Of a stretch of DNA of 64,000 bases, positions 35,286 to 48,759 are shown in pieces. The notes beneath the pieces are model-generated. The model was not told the DNA's origin, made no database searches, and worked only from the letters and a program-made list of their open reading frames with translations. The position numbers and the translations under genes are program-made. Where the stretch lies: contig NMRA01000160.1 of assembly GCA_002633005.1 (NCBI GenBank), forward strand, positions 728,591-792,590. Direction: 5' to 3'. How positions within the stretch are numbered: position 1 is the first letter of the stretch; each line of letters begins with the position of its first letter. The DNA comes from Phoronis australis (Eukaryota; Animalia; Phoronida).

Positions 35286-38200
35286 AGTCACTACCTTTCC
35301 TTAAGCTTTTACAAAAGCCTAACACTCAGATAAGGCTTAGCTTTTTAGTTAAGTGAGATTGAGTGTAATATGAATTTGAAAGATGAAAACTGAAATACCA
35401 GCATCTTTAAATAAATTGGACAGCAAAGTTTCAACCAGAACACTAACTAAACATCCTAAATTTTACGGACAAAATCACAGCAAGTGTTGCTGTATTGTAT
35501 TTTGCATTTACCTCAGCTTCTACAATATCACATGAATAACAACTGGTTAAATCACTCAGAACCCAACAGATTGTATAATGTTTGAACAAAGATGAAATCC
35601 GGAGTATTACTGGACATCACTGACTGTCAAGTTCATTATCTCCCTCATTTGACCATTTTCCAGCGCGGTTCAAGGCAGCCAAGCGTGAAAAGAAACATTT
35701 ATCCTGTTGTAGTGTCAGCTAGCCTTCCTCCCAAAACTGCTCATCCGTCTTCATCGCCTGTGCAGTTTTTCGGGGTCTGCTTTGTTGTTCTACTTTCTGA
35801 AAAATGACAGGCAGGTTGTAACACTCTCGAATTATACACAAAACTGACTATTACCGCCACAATGCTATCGTGATAACCTCAAATTCAAACAAAGTAGTAG
35901 TAGTACTCACCAGATCCAACAGGAAAGAACACATACAGTCAAGTGACCAAATTATCGGACGTTTTGGCACATTTTGCATTATATTTAATTGAAAATACTA
36001 CGGATTGTTGTAAATTCTTTACTGAAATAAAGACTTACCTTTATAGAATTGTTGTGTTACTATATCTTGTCAACGAAAGCCACATTTATGTTCCGACTGA
36101 ACTTTAAAAAACACAACAAGCAAACCTTCGGAGAACCTAAATATCGGACACCACGGTTCCCCATACGCCACACCGCGGAAAACTGACTAACCACGTAATG
36201 GCTGCGGGCACCTTATAGCCAAATTTCAGCTGTGTTTTGACATATATGCTGCTAGAACACAGGTCCATTCCAGTGGCGGATCNTCCCGCCAATGTCGAAT
36301 CCTAGGCGCGTAGCGCCAAGCGGAGGGAGGTCGGGAGGGGGGTTTCCCCTCCCGTGTAAGATATTTTTTTGTTTTTGTAGCAAAACACTGAAATTTCCAT
36401 GCATCCTGGTAAGTTTCTGTCACTTAACATGTCTCTGGAGTTTTTCTTAAGATAATTAAAAACCGTTCTCGATTTCGTCACATGAACTTGGCACATAAGT
36501 TTCGTGAAACCATATTGTGCACATGGGGTATGAGTCACGCCACCAGCAAAAATTTTTGTTGGAACATCTGCTTACACACCGCTTTTTTAGCATACGAAAA
36601 GTCGTATACGAAAAAGTGTGGTGTGTATACAGGGGTCTAGACAATTTCAAAATATTCAAGAGCATAATTAAGGAGCACCGACGGGGCGTAAAAACTTGAA
36701 TATCAGATGATCGCGTAACAGCAGCCTCAAGTTGTTTAAGAACGGAAATAAACATGTGTTCTGTCTCGTTACGAGAAAAACTGGCGAACGATGGTGCTCT
36801 CAACTCATAGTCTATTATTNTAAGAACGAAGACCTGTACTGTTAGTCCGGAAATAAACATGTGTTCTGTCTCGTTACGAGAAAAACTGGCGAACGATTGT
36901 GCTCTCAACTCATAGTCTATTATTAAAAGCGACAATAAATAATTAGGTATCACTTTATTAAGCTGAATCACGTTGACAACAATTGAAAAACGTCAAATCT
37001 ACCAGGAAACAAATCATCTGAAAACAGTTTCACGAAACCAAAACATCCTGTGCACAGTGGTGAAAAGATACACTTGACTAGTTTGCAGAGGGACCAGCCA
37101 AGCGCCTGTGCATCAAACTAAGTGTTCGTATCTTGTTCAGGTTGTTTTTCGTTGAATAACTACTACTTCCGAAATTTTGTTTTGTTAAACTCGTGATTGC
37201 GTGGTCAGAATTAATGGTTACTTTGTTTTAATTCTTTCATAAGGTAACTAGAGCCATTTTGATTCTTATTCTGTCAGCATAGAGATTCTTTTTCAGACAT
37301 ACATCAACTAGCATTGTAAAACATTGCACATTTCGTTATTTCCAACAATTTTCTTCCCAACATATTTATTGTTAACTAGATGAACCATTTAATGTACCAG
37401 TGGAAATTTACAAGTAGAAGACAGCTTGAAATGCTCCAAACAAATGAATGCAAATGTAAAGGTGCAGCATTTATAATTTGTTTCAGATGAAGAAGTGATT
37501 GATGCCGTTTTCGTCAGAAGGTGTTCAGTTCTGCTAAAATAATCAAGAATTTTCTGATAGATCGTCTGAAAGGTATGTCATGTAATTAAGATTACTTGTT
37601 TTTCAAATTTCATCACACAATATCTTTGTAAATTCAAAATTTATTTCTTGCTGATGTCAAACATATGGTAATACCTTTTCAGCTATTGTTTCTTTATTGT
37701 TTTGTGATGTCTATACGAAATGTGCTGAGATGGGGTTGATAGTCTCTAGTGCAAAGGAACTTTAGGTCGAAGGACTGTCAGTCTGAAAGTGATCTGGGTG
37801 ATGACATTACAACAGAGCTTACAAAAGATTGATGTTTTAGTACATTTAAGCACAATTAAGAATTATTGTGAATGCAAATGATAAAGACTTTGTTTTGAAG
37901 ATGCACGCCTCTTTCGTCATTTTTCTCTTGCCATCCTAGCCCTGCCACCCACCAATCATGGTCATGGCAATATGGTTACCTGGCACTCTTTCATGCTTGT
38001 TAATCAGGTTTATTGCAAGATGTAATGCTCAGTGGACCAATCAGACCAATAACCCTTCCGACCAAAGGCACTTCAGAAAATCAAAAGGAAGGCAGACTCG
38101 GTTTTGACTTATCAACAAATACAAAAAGGACTTTACTGTCCAGTTTTCTGGAACAAAATAACGGCCTGTAACTCTCGACAACTCTGAAAAGTTTGGAAAA

Positions 38201-40149
38201 ATTTGAAACTCTTGAAAGTCAGCTAAACGGCCAAGCGCGACCTACGCTTTAGAGAATTTAATGGCAACTGTGTGAAAAGTCCACCCACCAAGGACCAAAA
38301 GGCGAGATAGGGGTGCAAGTTTTTAGAAATTACAGCTCTTTCAACATTGATGCCAATGATGCATAAGCAGATGACAGGAGCAGGATCGGTTGAAATCATT
38401 AAAACATGGTTTACTTTCCTTCTTAAGTCAAATTTTCACAAACAAACAAAGCACAAATTTTTCAGGTTAACACTCTTTAGAATACAGGTCCTTTGGTCTT
38501 GAGACCAAAAACCTATCAAAAGACCACTGCTCCTAAAACGTCTTTCCGACTAACTGCCCTTTGGACTATCGACCTGCCGGGATGCTGAATGGGACACACC
38601 TAACAGATTTGAACTACAAAGAAATCACAAAAGTATTGTTATTATTATAATTGTTAATGTTATATTATTGTTTGTGTAAAATAGTGTACTTTAGTAAGAA
38701 TGTAGGATCCACGTCTATGGTCTGAAGCTTCAGTGTTACCTCCAATCCTTAGTGCGACAACAAAAATGGTTACTCTAATATGCAAACCTCATAGCTAAAT
38801 ACATGATTAACTGGTGACAAATAGTTCACCATATGAACAAGACATACGCGTAAAAATAACTAAAGATTCCATAACTAAATATATACCTCACAGGAATGAC
38901 AGCTTTTGCAATGTGTGCAAGGATACCTGTCAGTCTTAGGCACTGTAACAAAAGCTGTTTTATGAGAGCTTTCACAATGTATTTATTATGGAAAAGGACA
39001 TCCTGCCCAATCTTCAAACTTTTATCATAGCAAAATGTATGTTTAAAAACCTCAATTGTATTTTCAGGCGATACTAACACTGAATTAATGTCAACAAGAG
39101 TATGAAGTCTGGAAACTTTTAAGATAAAGGAAAATTTTCCAAACTATGCCATGATGCTGAGAATGATGATGACAATACGACAGTCTCCATGGAGGTGGTA
39201 AAAGAGTCATTGGGATCTGTTTGTGATGCTCAAAGTGATGATAGCAGGACATTTGATAATGACGTAGCGAAGTTACCAGGATCTGCCCTTACTAATGGTA
39301 GTGACAATGAATATTTTAATTATGTTTTTTGTGTCTTAAGCTATACAGTGCCACCTTCGTTCATTAGGGTCTTCGTCATCACCATCATCCCTTCATCCAC
39401 AGCCTTTCAGAACATGAGTTTTGTTAATTAGACAATACAGACAAATGGAATTGCAGTTTTTGCAGTTTAACATCTTTAAAAATAACTGCTTTGAGTTATT
39501 GAGAATTGTAGTCACTATGTATAATAGAATTTGTATGAAGAAAGCAAACAACATTTAATCTAAAACTGTCAATTTTTTAAATTACATTTTTAGTGGTAAT
39601 TGTTACTAAGATGGTCAGATTCTAAAATTGTAGTGAATGGAAGTCTGCTAAGATGCGCAAGATGAAACTGTTTGTACATGCATATCACAAGCATTGTTCC
39701 TATGGATGTATATGTATCCTCTATTTTTGGTGTCTATCATTTGATTTTAAAGATAATTTGGGTATTCATAGTTCACTATGTGCAAGATCAATACATGGTT
39801 AAATGTTTATCTGTGAGAGTTTTTGTTGGCGAATTAAGCAAAAATATTATTCAAAATGGTGTCAACGTATTTGTAGAAGTGTATTTTTATCAAAGGTATC
39901 AACTTACACCGTAGAGCCTGACACAGATAGTGTCATCTGCTCACGTTTCAGAATAATAAACATATAAAAACATCGTACATTTCTAAGTTTGAACGCGGTA
40001 AAATCTGTTGTGGACGCATACATGTTATTAAAGTGGTCTTTGGAGGACTGTATTTTGGCCCATAAAAACTTTAACCGAATGCGACAAATATGTACATGTA
40101 GTTGTGGGGCTTGCATATTGGGTGGATTGTAAGAACAGTGGAAAACCGG

Positions 40150-40372
40150 GATTTATAAAGTACTGGGGCATATATCTCATGGGACATATAAAGTTGCGGG
40201 TTATATATTGTATACACCTAACGGGACATATATACCTGCGGGCTATATATTGTACTGGGGCATTTACCTAGTGAGGTATATATAGTTGCAGGATATATAG
40301 ATATATAGTGTTCCGGGGCACATACCCAATGGGGCATGTATAGTTGCGGGCTATATATTTTATATATACCCC
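40150..40372. repeat. Degenerate short tandem array (ggggcatata / gttgcggg.tatatatt)
   Basis: Recurrent 16-18 bp units, typical of DNA transposon subtermini. Confidence 0.6.
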
Positions 40373-43300
40373 GGAACAAGGTCTCAAAATTTTACCCCAC
40401 TTCAAGGTTTCAGATAATAACCCCACATCTGCATAGCGATTAGCGCTAAGAGTGCTTTACTGGGTGTCAGTAACTAAGAGTGACTCCATATAAAAACCAA
40501 CCGGTAGATTTTATACCCAAAGTCACAGATTTTTTTGAAACTTAGCACCGTCATGAGTTTGGTTTGGTGAGATGTACTAAAGTCTCTCTTTTTAAGACTT
40601 CTGGTCCATTATTTCTCTTTCTATGACCTGTACCCATATTCTGAAACAAAATTGGGCTTTGAAGTAGACACATTTGAATGCATTTTACTAGCAATTATAG
40701 TAAACTGATAAGAAATGAGTGATCCGGTTTGAAAGACTATGAGCGAGTAATTTAATGGCTTAACTTTTAAAATTCATTTTCAAATCTGTATGCTTTGATC
40801 TTGTGTGGCAAGAACGGCTGGTTTGAAGGTTGTCACTGAAGCCATTTTCTGCCAACTTTAGCACTCTCTAGCAACCATATTGCACCTTTCCAAGAATTGA
40901 CTTTATTTGCTCAGTCATTCCTAACCTGTTCATAATCTAAAATAAAAAGTCTTGCCTGTCCCGTGGTTTTTGCTTACGAAGCATTGCGCAAGCTGCACTT
41001 GGTCCAATTTGCCTGTTCTCAGTTGCCTCAACCACCAATAGGAGGCTCTTGGAACATGTACTTAACTTGCAAAAACACGCCGTAAATAGCTTGTACCTTA
41101 CAGAAAAAGCAGACAGCATAACTAATTACCAATCCCTGAAAATGATACTGATGATTATTGCTTACTACAAAAAATTATGTACATAAATTATGACTGGTAT
41201 GCGTTCTTCGTCTTCCGGCAGGGTGGGGTGTCAGTTGCCCCCTAGCTGCTGCTGAAGAGAGTGCCAAACAAGTGCTTGCTCAATCATCAAGATTAACTCT
41301 TTAGCTATGTGTTCAAAAAGTTACATAAAGCTACAAGGTGCAATAATGATGGCGATAAGGAGGTCACAAATCAGCCACTAAAATTAGCTAGGAAAAGTGG
41401 TCTTTGGCTTATCTCCCCTGTCTGGCAAATAGCTGTCAAGTTTGAATAAATGCCAAATAATCATGCACAATATACATTGGTTATTCCAGACACCAAAGCA
41501 CAACTTTAAATCTAATTTTTAAGTTACTTATTTTCGTTGCTGAAAACATGCAATTTTCGAGACAGCTAATACGACCAATTGCCCTGGGTCTAATGCTCCA
41601 GCGGCATTTACAAAAATGAAGCTGTTTTGAATTTTGATGTATAGACTGATTTTTCGAAAATCTACGTAATGTTTGTGTGTTTAGGACCATTGACTGTATT
41701 TCCATGCATCTAAATACTATTAGTAGAGCTAGTGACGGGCGGCGCCCCCCACTTTTTTCAGGTTGCGTCTGACACATTTGTGCCAATGCAGCATGCAATG
41801 GCAATGAATAGCAGTATTTCAGCATATATCCTTGTCTCACCCACTAGTTCAACCTTCACGGTATTCACGGGAGCTTACATGTATATGTGACCTACATATG
41901 TGTACATATGGCCGTGGCGTGCCTTTTTGTGTGTGGTTCTCTTTCAGGTAATATTTCTACAAAATTCATAACACGTCAGAATCCAGCACAGTATAATTGC
42001 CATGAAATGTTTCATATACGTTACTCGTGATGTATTCCTTGACTCGTTTTTTTTTTGAAATGCGGGAGTTTGATAAAAACTGAGCGATTTACATATCTCT
42101 AAAGCCACTGGCATTCCTTCATTGGAAATCCCAATGTAAACTATTTGACCAATAATACAACTAACCAACAGAATGCCTTGTTATTGAAATCGGAACGACC
42201 AATGAAATTTCAACTAAGAAGGCACGTGGAAAGGTGCGATATGGCACACCAACCAATCTGGGGGGTCTTTGCAGGAGAAAAGAAAGAAACGTTCATTATC
42301 GTTATTACTTCAGCACGACCTGGTAGACGGTTGACATTAGCAGGTGAGTTCAGTCATTATTAATAATTGTGTGATGAATTCGAAGTATAGTTTTTAGTTG
42401 ACAAAGCCTTTTTTATATACGAGTGAGAATGGAGGTCACTAAATAAAGTTTGAGATAACCTTAAGCTGTTACCCGCAACAACCAGCTCATTTTCCAAGCA
42501 GTAGACTTTTTCATTTGAAGAAAAAAGCCTGCAGAATTTTAAATACGGGAAATGAGGCATTACTTGTTCTAACAACGAAAAATCTGAAATAATCCAGCCA
42601 GCCTCAGTGCTTTCGCTACTAAAACATTTCTTAAGTTACAAATAACATGAAAATTTTTCCTGAAAGAAAATGAAATCCGTTAATTAGCTCTGATTCATCA
42701 GTCATTTCTAAACATTCACAGAAATTTATTGCCAACCACTCGCTGCAAAGCGAAAACTGGGAGTGGTTTGGTTGACCCATATTATCGTGATGTTACCTAC
42801 TCCAAGCAACCTGTTAATTATCTTATGACGAGTTGTTATTGACTGCAAGCTTAAGTTTTATTGTCTTGTGAGCCATCGATTCACAGATACTACTTTTGCT
42901 AACTTGCATCTCCTTAAAGTTCACTTGGATTANGCCTCAGTGCTTTCGCTACTAAAACATTTCTTAAGTTACAAATAACATGAAAATTTTTCCTGAAAGA
43001 AAATGAAATCCGTTAATTAGCTCTGATTCATCAGTCATTTCTAAACATTCACAGAAATTTATTGCCAACCACTCGCTGCAAAGCGAAAACTGGGAGTGGT
43101 TTGGTTGACCAATATTATCGTGATGTTACCTACTCCAAGCAACCTGTTAATAATCTTATGACGAGTTGTTATTGACTGCAAGCTTAAGTTTTATTGTCTT
43201 GTGAGCCATCGATTCACAGATACTACTTTTGCTAACTTGCATCTCCTTAAAGTTCACTTGGATTATAAATACATGGACGATATGGTAGACTATAACAGCT

Positions 43301-44018
43301 GAGATTTTGATTATGCAGAGTCTATGCATGTTGCATCTGTGCTATAACCAGATGTAACTAATGAGATGGCGGTCGTTCATTAGAATACAGGTAGTTTGTC
43401 CTGAGCTGTCCTTGTAATTATGACATGCATACGGGGTGTCCCGGCACAACTGCTAAACGTACTGTGAATAATACGCTTAAAAGTAAGTCACGCATTTCTA
43501 AAGATGTGCGGGAATTTTCACGGCTCTGAAACGCCGTAAAATGTAACAAGATCGGCAAACATTTTACATTGCTAAGCATCTCCTAAAATATAACAAGTTC
43601 TTAGTTGTTATATTCTAAGTCGAATGCACATGCGAGAAAGGTACCATTGTTTTAATTTGTGAAACCAACGTCATATTACAAAGAAAATGACCAAAATCAC
43701 GAACAAGTGGTATCTGACACAGCCCCGGGGGGAACTGTTTGGACGAAGGGTGCCGCCCGAAAAATTTGGATACCAACCCGTTTAGGGAGTGGGCTCGGCC
43801 AAAAAAGTGACCCATATAGAGACTAATTTTGTGTAAAAATTCATAACTTCGCACCATTCTGTTCCAGTAATTCAGAAAACGCACCCTTTTAGATGTCATT
43901 TTGTCCAAAATGACATCACTTTGGAGAGCATTTTGTTACTGTGAAAAAACAACCTTTGAGGCGGCACTATAGGAATACCATCAGGGATGACATAAATTTG
44001 GCTACCCATTATCATTTT

Positions 44019-44082
44019 ATTACTGTTACTACTGTTACTGCTATTACTACCTTTGCTATTACCACTATCACTACTATTACTC
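44019..44082. repeat. Degenerate (TTACTR)n simple repeat
   Basis: ttactgttactactgttactgctattactacc... Confidence 0.8.
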
Positions 44083-46299
44083 GTCGCCGACAAAATTTTA
44101 TTTTGAAAAGCCAACAGGCAATTTTATGTGAGAAGCCATACGTATAAGTGACATAACCATAGATTCAGAAATGTAAAGACAAACTTTTTAGGCAATTCTC
44201 ATGTGATTCTGTCTACTCGAACGGTACGAATTAGACCAATTCCTAGAGGCTAGTACACTATCAATTAAAACGAGCTAATTATGTTTTTTATGTCGTATAC
44301 ATGTAGGAAGAGACGTTCATAACACGATTCGTGCAGGACATTTTTCTCAATCAATATTATAGTAGCTGTTCCCTGCCCATCATTGTGTTTTTAATACTGC
44401 GTTTGTGGTTGCTAATGACAAAACAGCCCATTGATCGGTCGTACCTTTTGTATGGTCTATTTACAGTAGGTGCTCACACAAAGGACACTTTATGCATTTT
44501 TGAATAGACAGCCTTGGTTGTATTTTAAGTGTTTCATTGTCACCCCGGCCAACCCGCGATCGGGAACGACCGGAAAGCGATCGAAAACGCCACTTTGCCG
44601 CAAAAATGGCAGACGACGATGATGTACCTGGTGAGTCTTAGTGTCATTTTCTTCTTAAATAGTGGCTACTTTGGCACGAATGCGACACAGAGAAAAGCGT
44701 CAGAGCTTAACCTTTGTTGCCGATATGAAATGATGCTTGGCTTTTGCTTATTTTATCAAATAAAGGGCNATTGTTACTGACGCACGTCAGGTAAGACAGC
44801 GAATTTGACCTCTCGAATACGGATCTTCAATAATAGGCCATATGGAGAATGGGTCGTGCAGAAAAACAAACAAGTAAATTGTTCGTTTCTTAACCGAATC
44901 TGTTCATGAAACGAATTTCTGAAGGCATTCGAAAGGTGACGACCGGAGCTGCGGGCTTCCTACCGGTGTTGCATTCACACTCTTTGCCTGTATGCCCCTC
45001 TTCCCGCTGTCTCGTGTATTTTCCCTGTTTATTGCGCTATGCCTTGCCTGATGATGTGACATGCAGTCACGAAATATAACTACTGTTTTTATTTGGTTGT
45101 TTGTTATGACTCTCCTCGATATTTTACTTCATACCTTCAAACCAGAAGAAAGGAGACAGTTCCGAAATTACGAACGTACGAGTATCAAGCTCAGAAACAA
45201 AAGTCTACGCAAGTAATAATAAATGATGGCGTTGCTTATATTCAAAGCGGGTGAAAACTGTGCTGCTTGTTTTAGTCTGCAACATAGCTCGTGGCGTACC
45301 CCGGGCAAAATAGATTACGATAAATTAAATTTAACTTGTTAAATGCATTTATCGTCATTATTTTGACATTTGTCTCTTTATTTTGATACCAGTCCTTAGG
45401 GTTTATTTTGTATTACTCATCTCTATTTATAGCCTCAAGGGCCTACTTTTGTATTCATATATTTCTCTACGCGACACCTGATTGGTCGCCCATATTTCCT
45501 TTGTTCAGTTCAACCTGGTCTCTCTCATTCAGCCACCTACCTCTTCGTCTACAAGACCTACGTTCGTTCTCTGCATTTTTCCCCCACCCCCCATCCTGGG
45601 TGTCGGTTCCACTTTCTCTTTTCTCATATACATTTCCTGTTAGGTTTTAAGTTTTGTGTTCATGTTCTGTACTTTTCCGGGCCTTTAAGCCCTTCAGGCA
45701 GTTCTTTTGTTTTGTTCCCTCTTTCAGGGCTATTCATTGTACACGCCGGTGAGCGTTTTGTCCATGCCCATCTTGCAGAGTCTTAGTTAGTTTATTTATT
45801 TACGTCATAATAAATGACAATATTCGCAATCCTCCTCTTGTTTTACTCCGCAACATAGCTCGTGGCGTACCCCGGGCAAAATAGATGACGATAAAGTACT
45901 ATTTGTGCTGAAGGTGATTACTTCAAATCACTTCAGTTCAAGGAGGGGAGTGGACAGAGATTCTGTAGGTGCTAAAAATTGAGTGAGTGCGTGGTTAAAA
46001 GTAGTTATTTTAGTACATTCTCCCTGTGCGCAATTACAACGGATATTCAACGTATCTGCAGTGTATTACGTAACTGTCACAACCATTGTGAACAATGCCG
46101 ACCAGTGGTGCAAAACCAAGAATGCCAACGAACCGTCCCAACCTGCGCAGTACCAACAGTATCATTCATAGATTACCTGGCCCCACAACAGCACATAATA
46201 AATAGAGAGTTACTGACCAAGCTGAATGCCAGATTTGATGGAGAAGGAGATAGATGAACTAAAACATCAATTTCAAGAGAAAATGGCTGCAAATGTCAA

Positions 46300-46503
46300 A
46301 CTCAAGGACTGCTAGAGAAAAAGGCGGACGACCTCGAAAATAGGTCCAGAAGGGACACTATTATTGTACATGGAGTGAAGCAGGAGGTCAACGAGTCATG
46401 GGACAAAATTGATGAACTTGTTCAACAAGTGGTTGATGATTTAAGAATAGGCGAGTTGTCTATTGACCGTCTTGGCAGAAAACAGCATAACAGAAATCGA
46501 CCA
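46300..46503 (+). mobile_element. LINE ORF1 (coiled-coil/RRM) remnant
   Basis: LLEKKADDLENRSRRDTIIVHGVKQEVNESWDKIDELVQQVV...LSIDRLGRK...RP matches the LENRSRRxNxxxxGxxE ORF1 motif. Confidence 0.75.
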
Positions 46504-46509
46504 TGCAAT

Positions 46510-46690
46510 CAGAGGGCCGTAGGAAGAAGGGGGGGGGGGTTGGGGTCCTGGCCCCCCAAAAAATTTTCAGGCGTCTGGGTTAAACCGTGGCAACCGACAT
46601 AGGCATGGTGCCGGGGACAGTCGACAAAAGAAAGACTGCGAAAAACGGATAAAAGAGAAAATTCATTTTAACAAATCTGTATCAGTGCAT
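46510..46690. mobile_element. DNA transposon/MITE end; inverted copy at about 55190-55382
   Basis: ttttcaggcgtctgggttaaaccgtggcaacc...gactgcgaaaaacggataaaagagaaaattca is present as a reverse complement at 55190-55382. Confidence 0.8.
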
Positions 46691-47054
46691 GCAGTTGTAT
46701 ATTAAAAGAATAATCCACGTGATATCGTTAACTCTGATCAGCGTTGGTAAATCACCGAGTATATCAATACGCACAGTCGTTTATCTTCAGTCGAACCCAT
46801 TATAGATTAATAGTTCATCGATTTTTAAAAATCGAAAACTAAACTTGGTTTTTTTCCATCTGAATACAGCTGTGGTATTTGTTTTTAACGAAAACTGTTG
46901 GTTAATGCATTTTGAAAATTCTCCAGTAAGTTCAGGCAGAGGTGTTTTCTACAGTTTAACGCCACCATATTGGAAATGGGTCAGAATGTTGCATTGTGGT
47001 TAAGCCGGTAAACAAGTACGTCGGCAAGCGTGGGGGCGAACCGGCCACAGGGAG

Positions 47055-47290
47055 GTTACGGTGTTGTGTGCCTGGCATGCTATAATACCAGTTAGCGAGA
47101 TTTTAGTTACTACCTGTTTCCCAAGGATCAAGAACTGCGTTAAACATGGGTCAGAGACATTAGTAGAGCTGGTAGCAAAGGCCGACTTCGTGAATTCTTT
47201 CCGATTTGGTAGCATAAAGTATGCAGTGCTCATTTTGAGGGCGGGAAGAAAACGTATCTTGGAAACTGCCCAACAATATCTCCCTTCAAA
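47055..47290 (+). pseudogene. Degenerate THAP (C2CH zinc finger) domain, probably from a transposase
   Basis: RCCVPG/CYNTS*RDFSYYLFPKDQELR*TWVRDISR...HKVCSAHFEGGKKTYLGNCPTI, with stops and a frameshift. Confidence 0.85.
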
Positions 47291-47489
47291 GAAACAGTAA
47301 CAAAATACTCTACGGCGGTTGGTAGTGAAAAAAACTTGTTTTCGCTTGACCAGAACCAAGCCAACATGAGCAATTTTGAGGATAATGCCTCTGCACAATC
47401 ACCTGTTCTGGGTCAACACACTTAACGTACGCTCACTATATGTAGGATAAAACGTGCAGAATATTATTATTTACTTTCTAAAAAATTGT

Positions 47490-48759
47490 GAAGCATTGCT
47501 ATCAAATTACGATCATTTTTCATAAAATTGTGGTGGAAGTCCCAGGGCAAAATCTTGCCGACAAATGCGTAGCTGCCGGTCTCGCAATCGTCGTTAGGGC
47601 TTGAATTCTTGGATAAGAATACAGCTTAGACTCAACAAATTACCTGAAATCCTCCTCAAGTTTTCCAAATAGCGTCTCTAAGATTTTTAAGTTCTTGTGG
47701 AGTCTGGATTAACTGCAGATTAAGTCCAAATCTGCGCTAGATTGCAGCCCGCAACACGATAAAAATCTCTGGAGGAACACACATGTTGTTGTCACGTGAC
47801 GTTTGTTTTGAAGTTTGTATGCGTGTGTGTGCCAGTAAGCGTGCGTGTGCTTGTCATCAGAGTTCATTTGCCAGAGTAATGTAATGATGTAGGTGTGCAT
47901 TGTATCCAAAGAAATTAAGTCAAGCAGTCAAGCAGAGCGTGTTTTAATATTTAGGCCTAGCTTAGCACTTGCTGGCCTCATCTGCTAAAAAACGTTCGAG
48001 AATTTTTTCGGTAAGACCGATATGTCACTCATTGTGGAGTCGCCAGGTGAGTGGATGCGTGACCGTAGTGTAACAGCTATTTTCCGGAAGATTTGGGGTG
48101 TAAGGGTGCGAAGTGGTTTGACCTTAAAAACACCAATTACGATTAGTTAAATAATTTCTCTTAAAAAATGCAAAATTTTTTTACGGTATTAGAACCTTTC
48201 GGAAATTAGTGCCAATATTTATTTGCCGATGCTTTGTTACCCGTTTCATGAATAGATAGTTCCCGACTAAATGTCTTCGATGACAGCCGATATGCAGAGC
48301 GCACTTCTTGGCCGCGTGCTAACACTGGTCGATTTTTTTTATTAGTCTTCGATTCACGGTTTTCACGTGTACAAAGAAGTTTGGATTCCTGTTGAGGCCG
48401 GAGAAGATCTGTACCGGAAAGAAACAATGCAAGGCTGCTGACAAGTACGCTGAATCTCTTTTCAAAGTCCACACCCGCGTAGTGGGGCACATTCCTCGCA
48501 GGAGCAGCAAAACTTCTGCGTTCTTTTTGAATCGCGGCGTAAGTTTGAAGTGTATACGGACATAACAGTGAGACTCGTGGTCTACAAATTCAGGACTGTC
48601 GGATCTTTCAAATGATAAATTGGAGAAGTTAGAACTGTAGGTACATGTAAGGGCATTTTTCGCATGCAGTTCATGGGCTGGGCGCTTACTTTAGCAAAGT
48701 CTGAAAACGCGTTGGGGCACTTGTTGGGGCATGGGCGCTTATTAGGGCGAATAGCGGCA
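47490..48759 (+). mobile_element. Left-truncated copy of the HIRAN-carrying TIR element (HIRAN remnant about 48346-48600)
   Basis: Collinear with 59472-61039. SSIHGFHVYKEVWIPVEAGEDL.../AADKYAESLFKVHTRVVGHIPRRSSKTSAFFLNRG; right TIR gggcgcttattagggcgaatagcgg. Confidence 0.8.

Noticed and set aside
36743-36924. About 77-bp duplicated segment and the 171-aa ORF 36456-36971 containing it
   Set aside because: There is an n at 36820 next to the junction. The ORF has no recognisable domain and is inflated by the artefact.
42601-43265. Near-perfect 332-bp tandem duplication
   Set aside because: An n lies exactly at the junction (42933), so this is an assembly overlap of two haplotypes or contigs.
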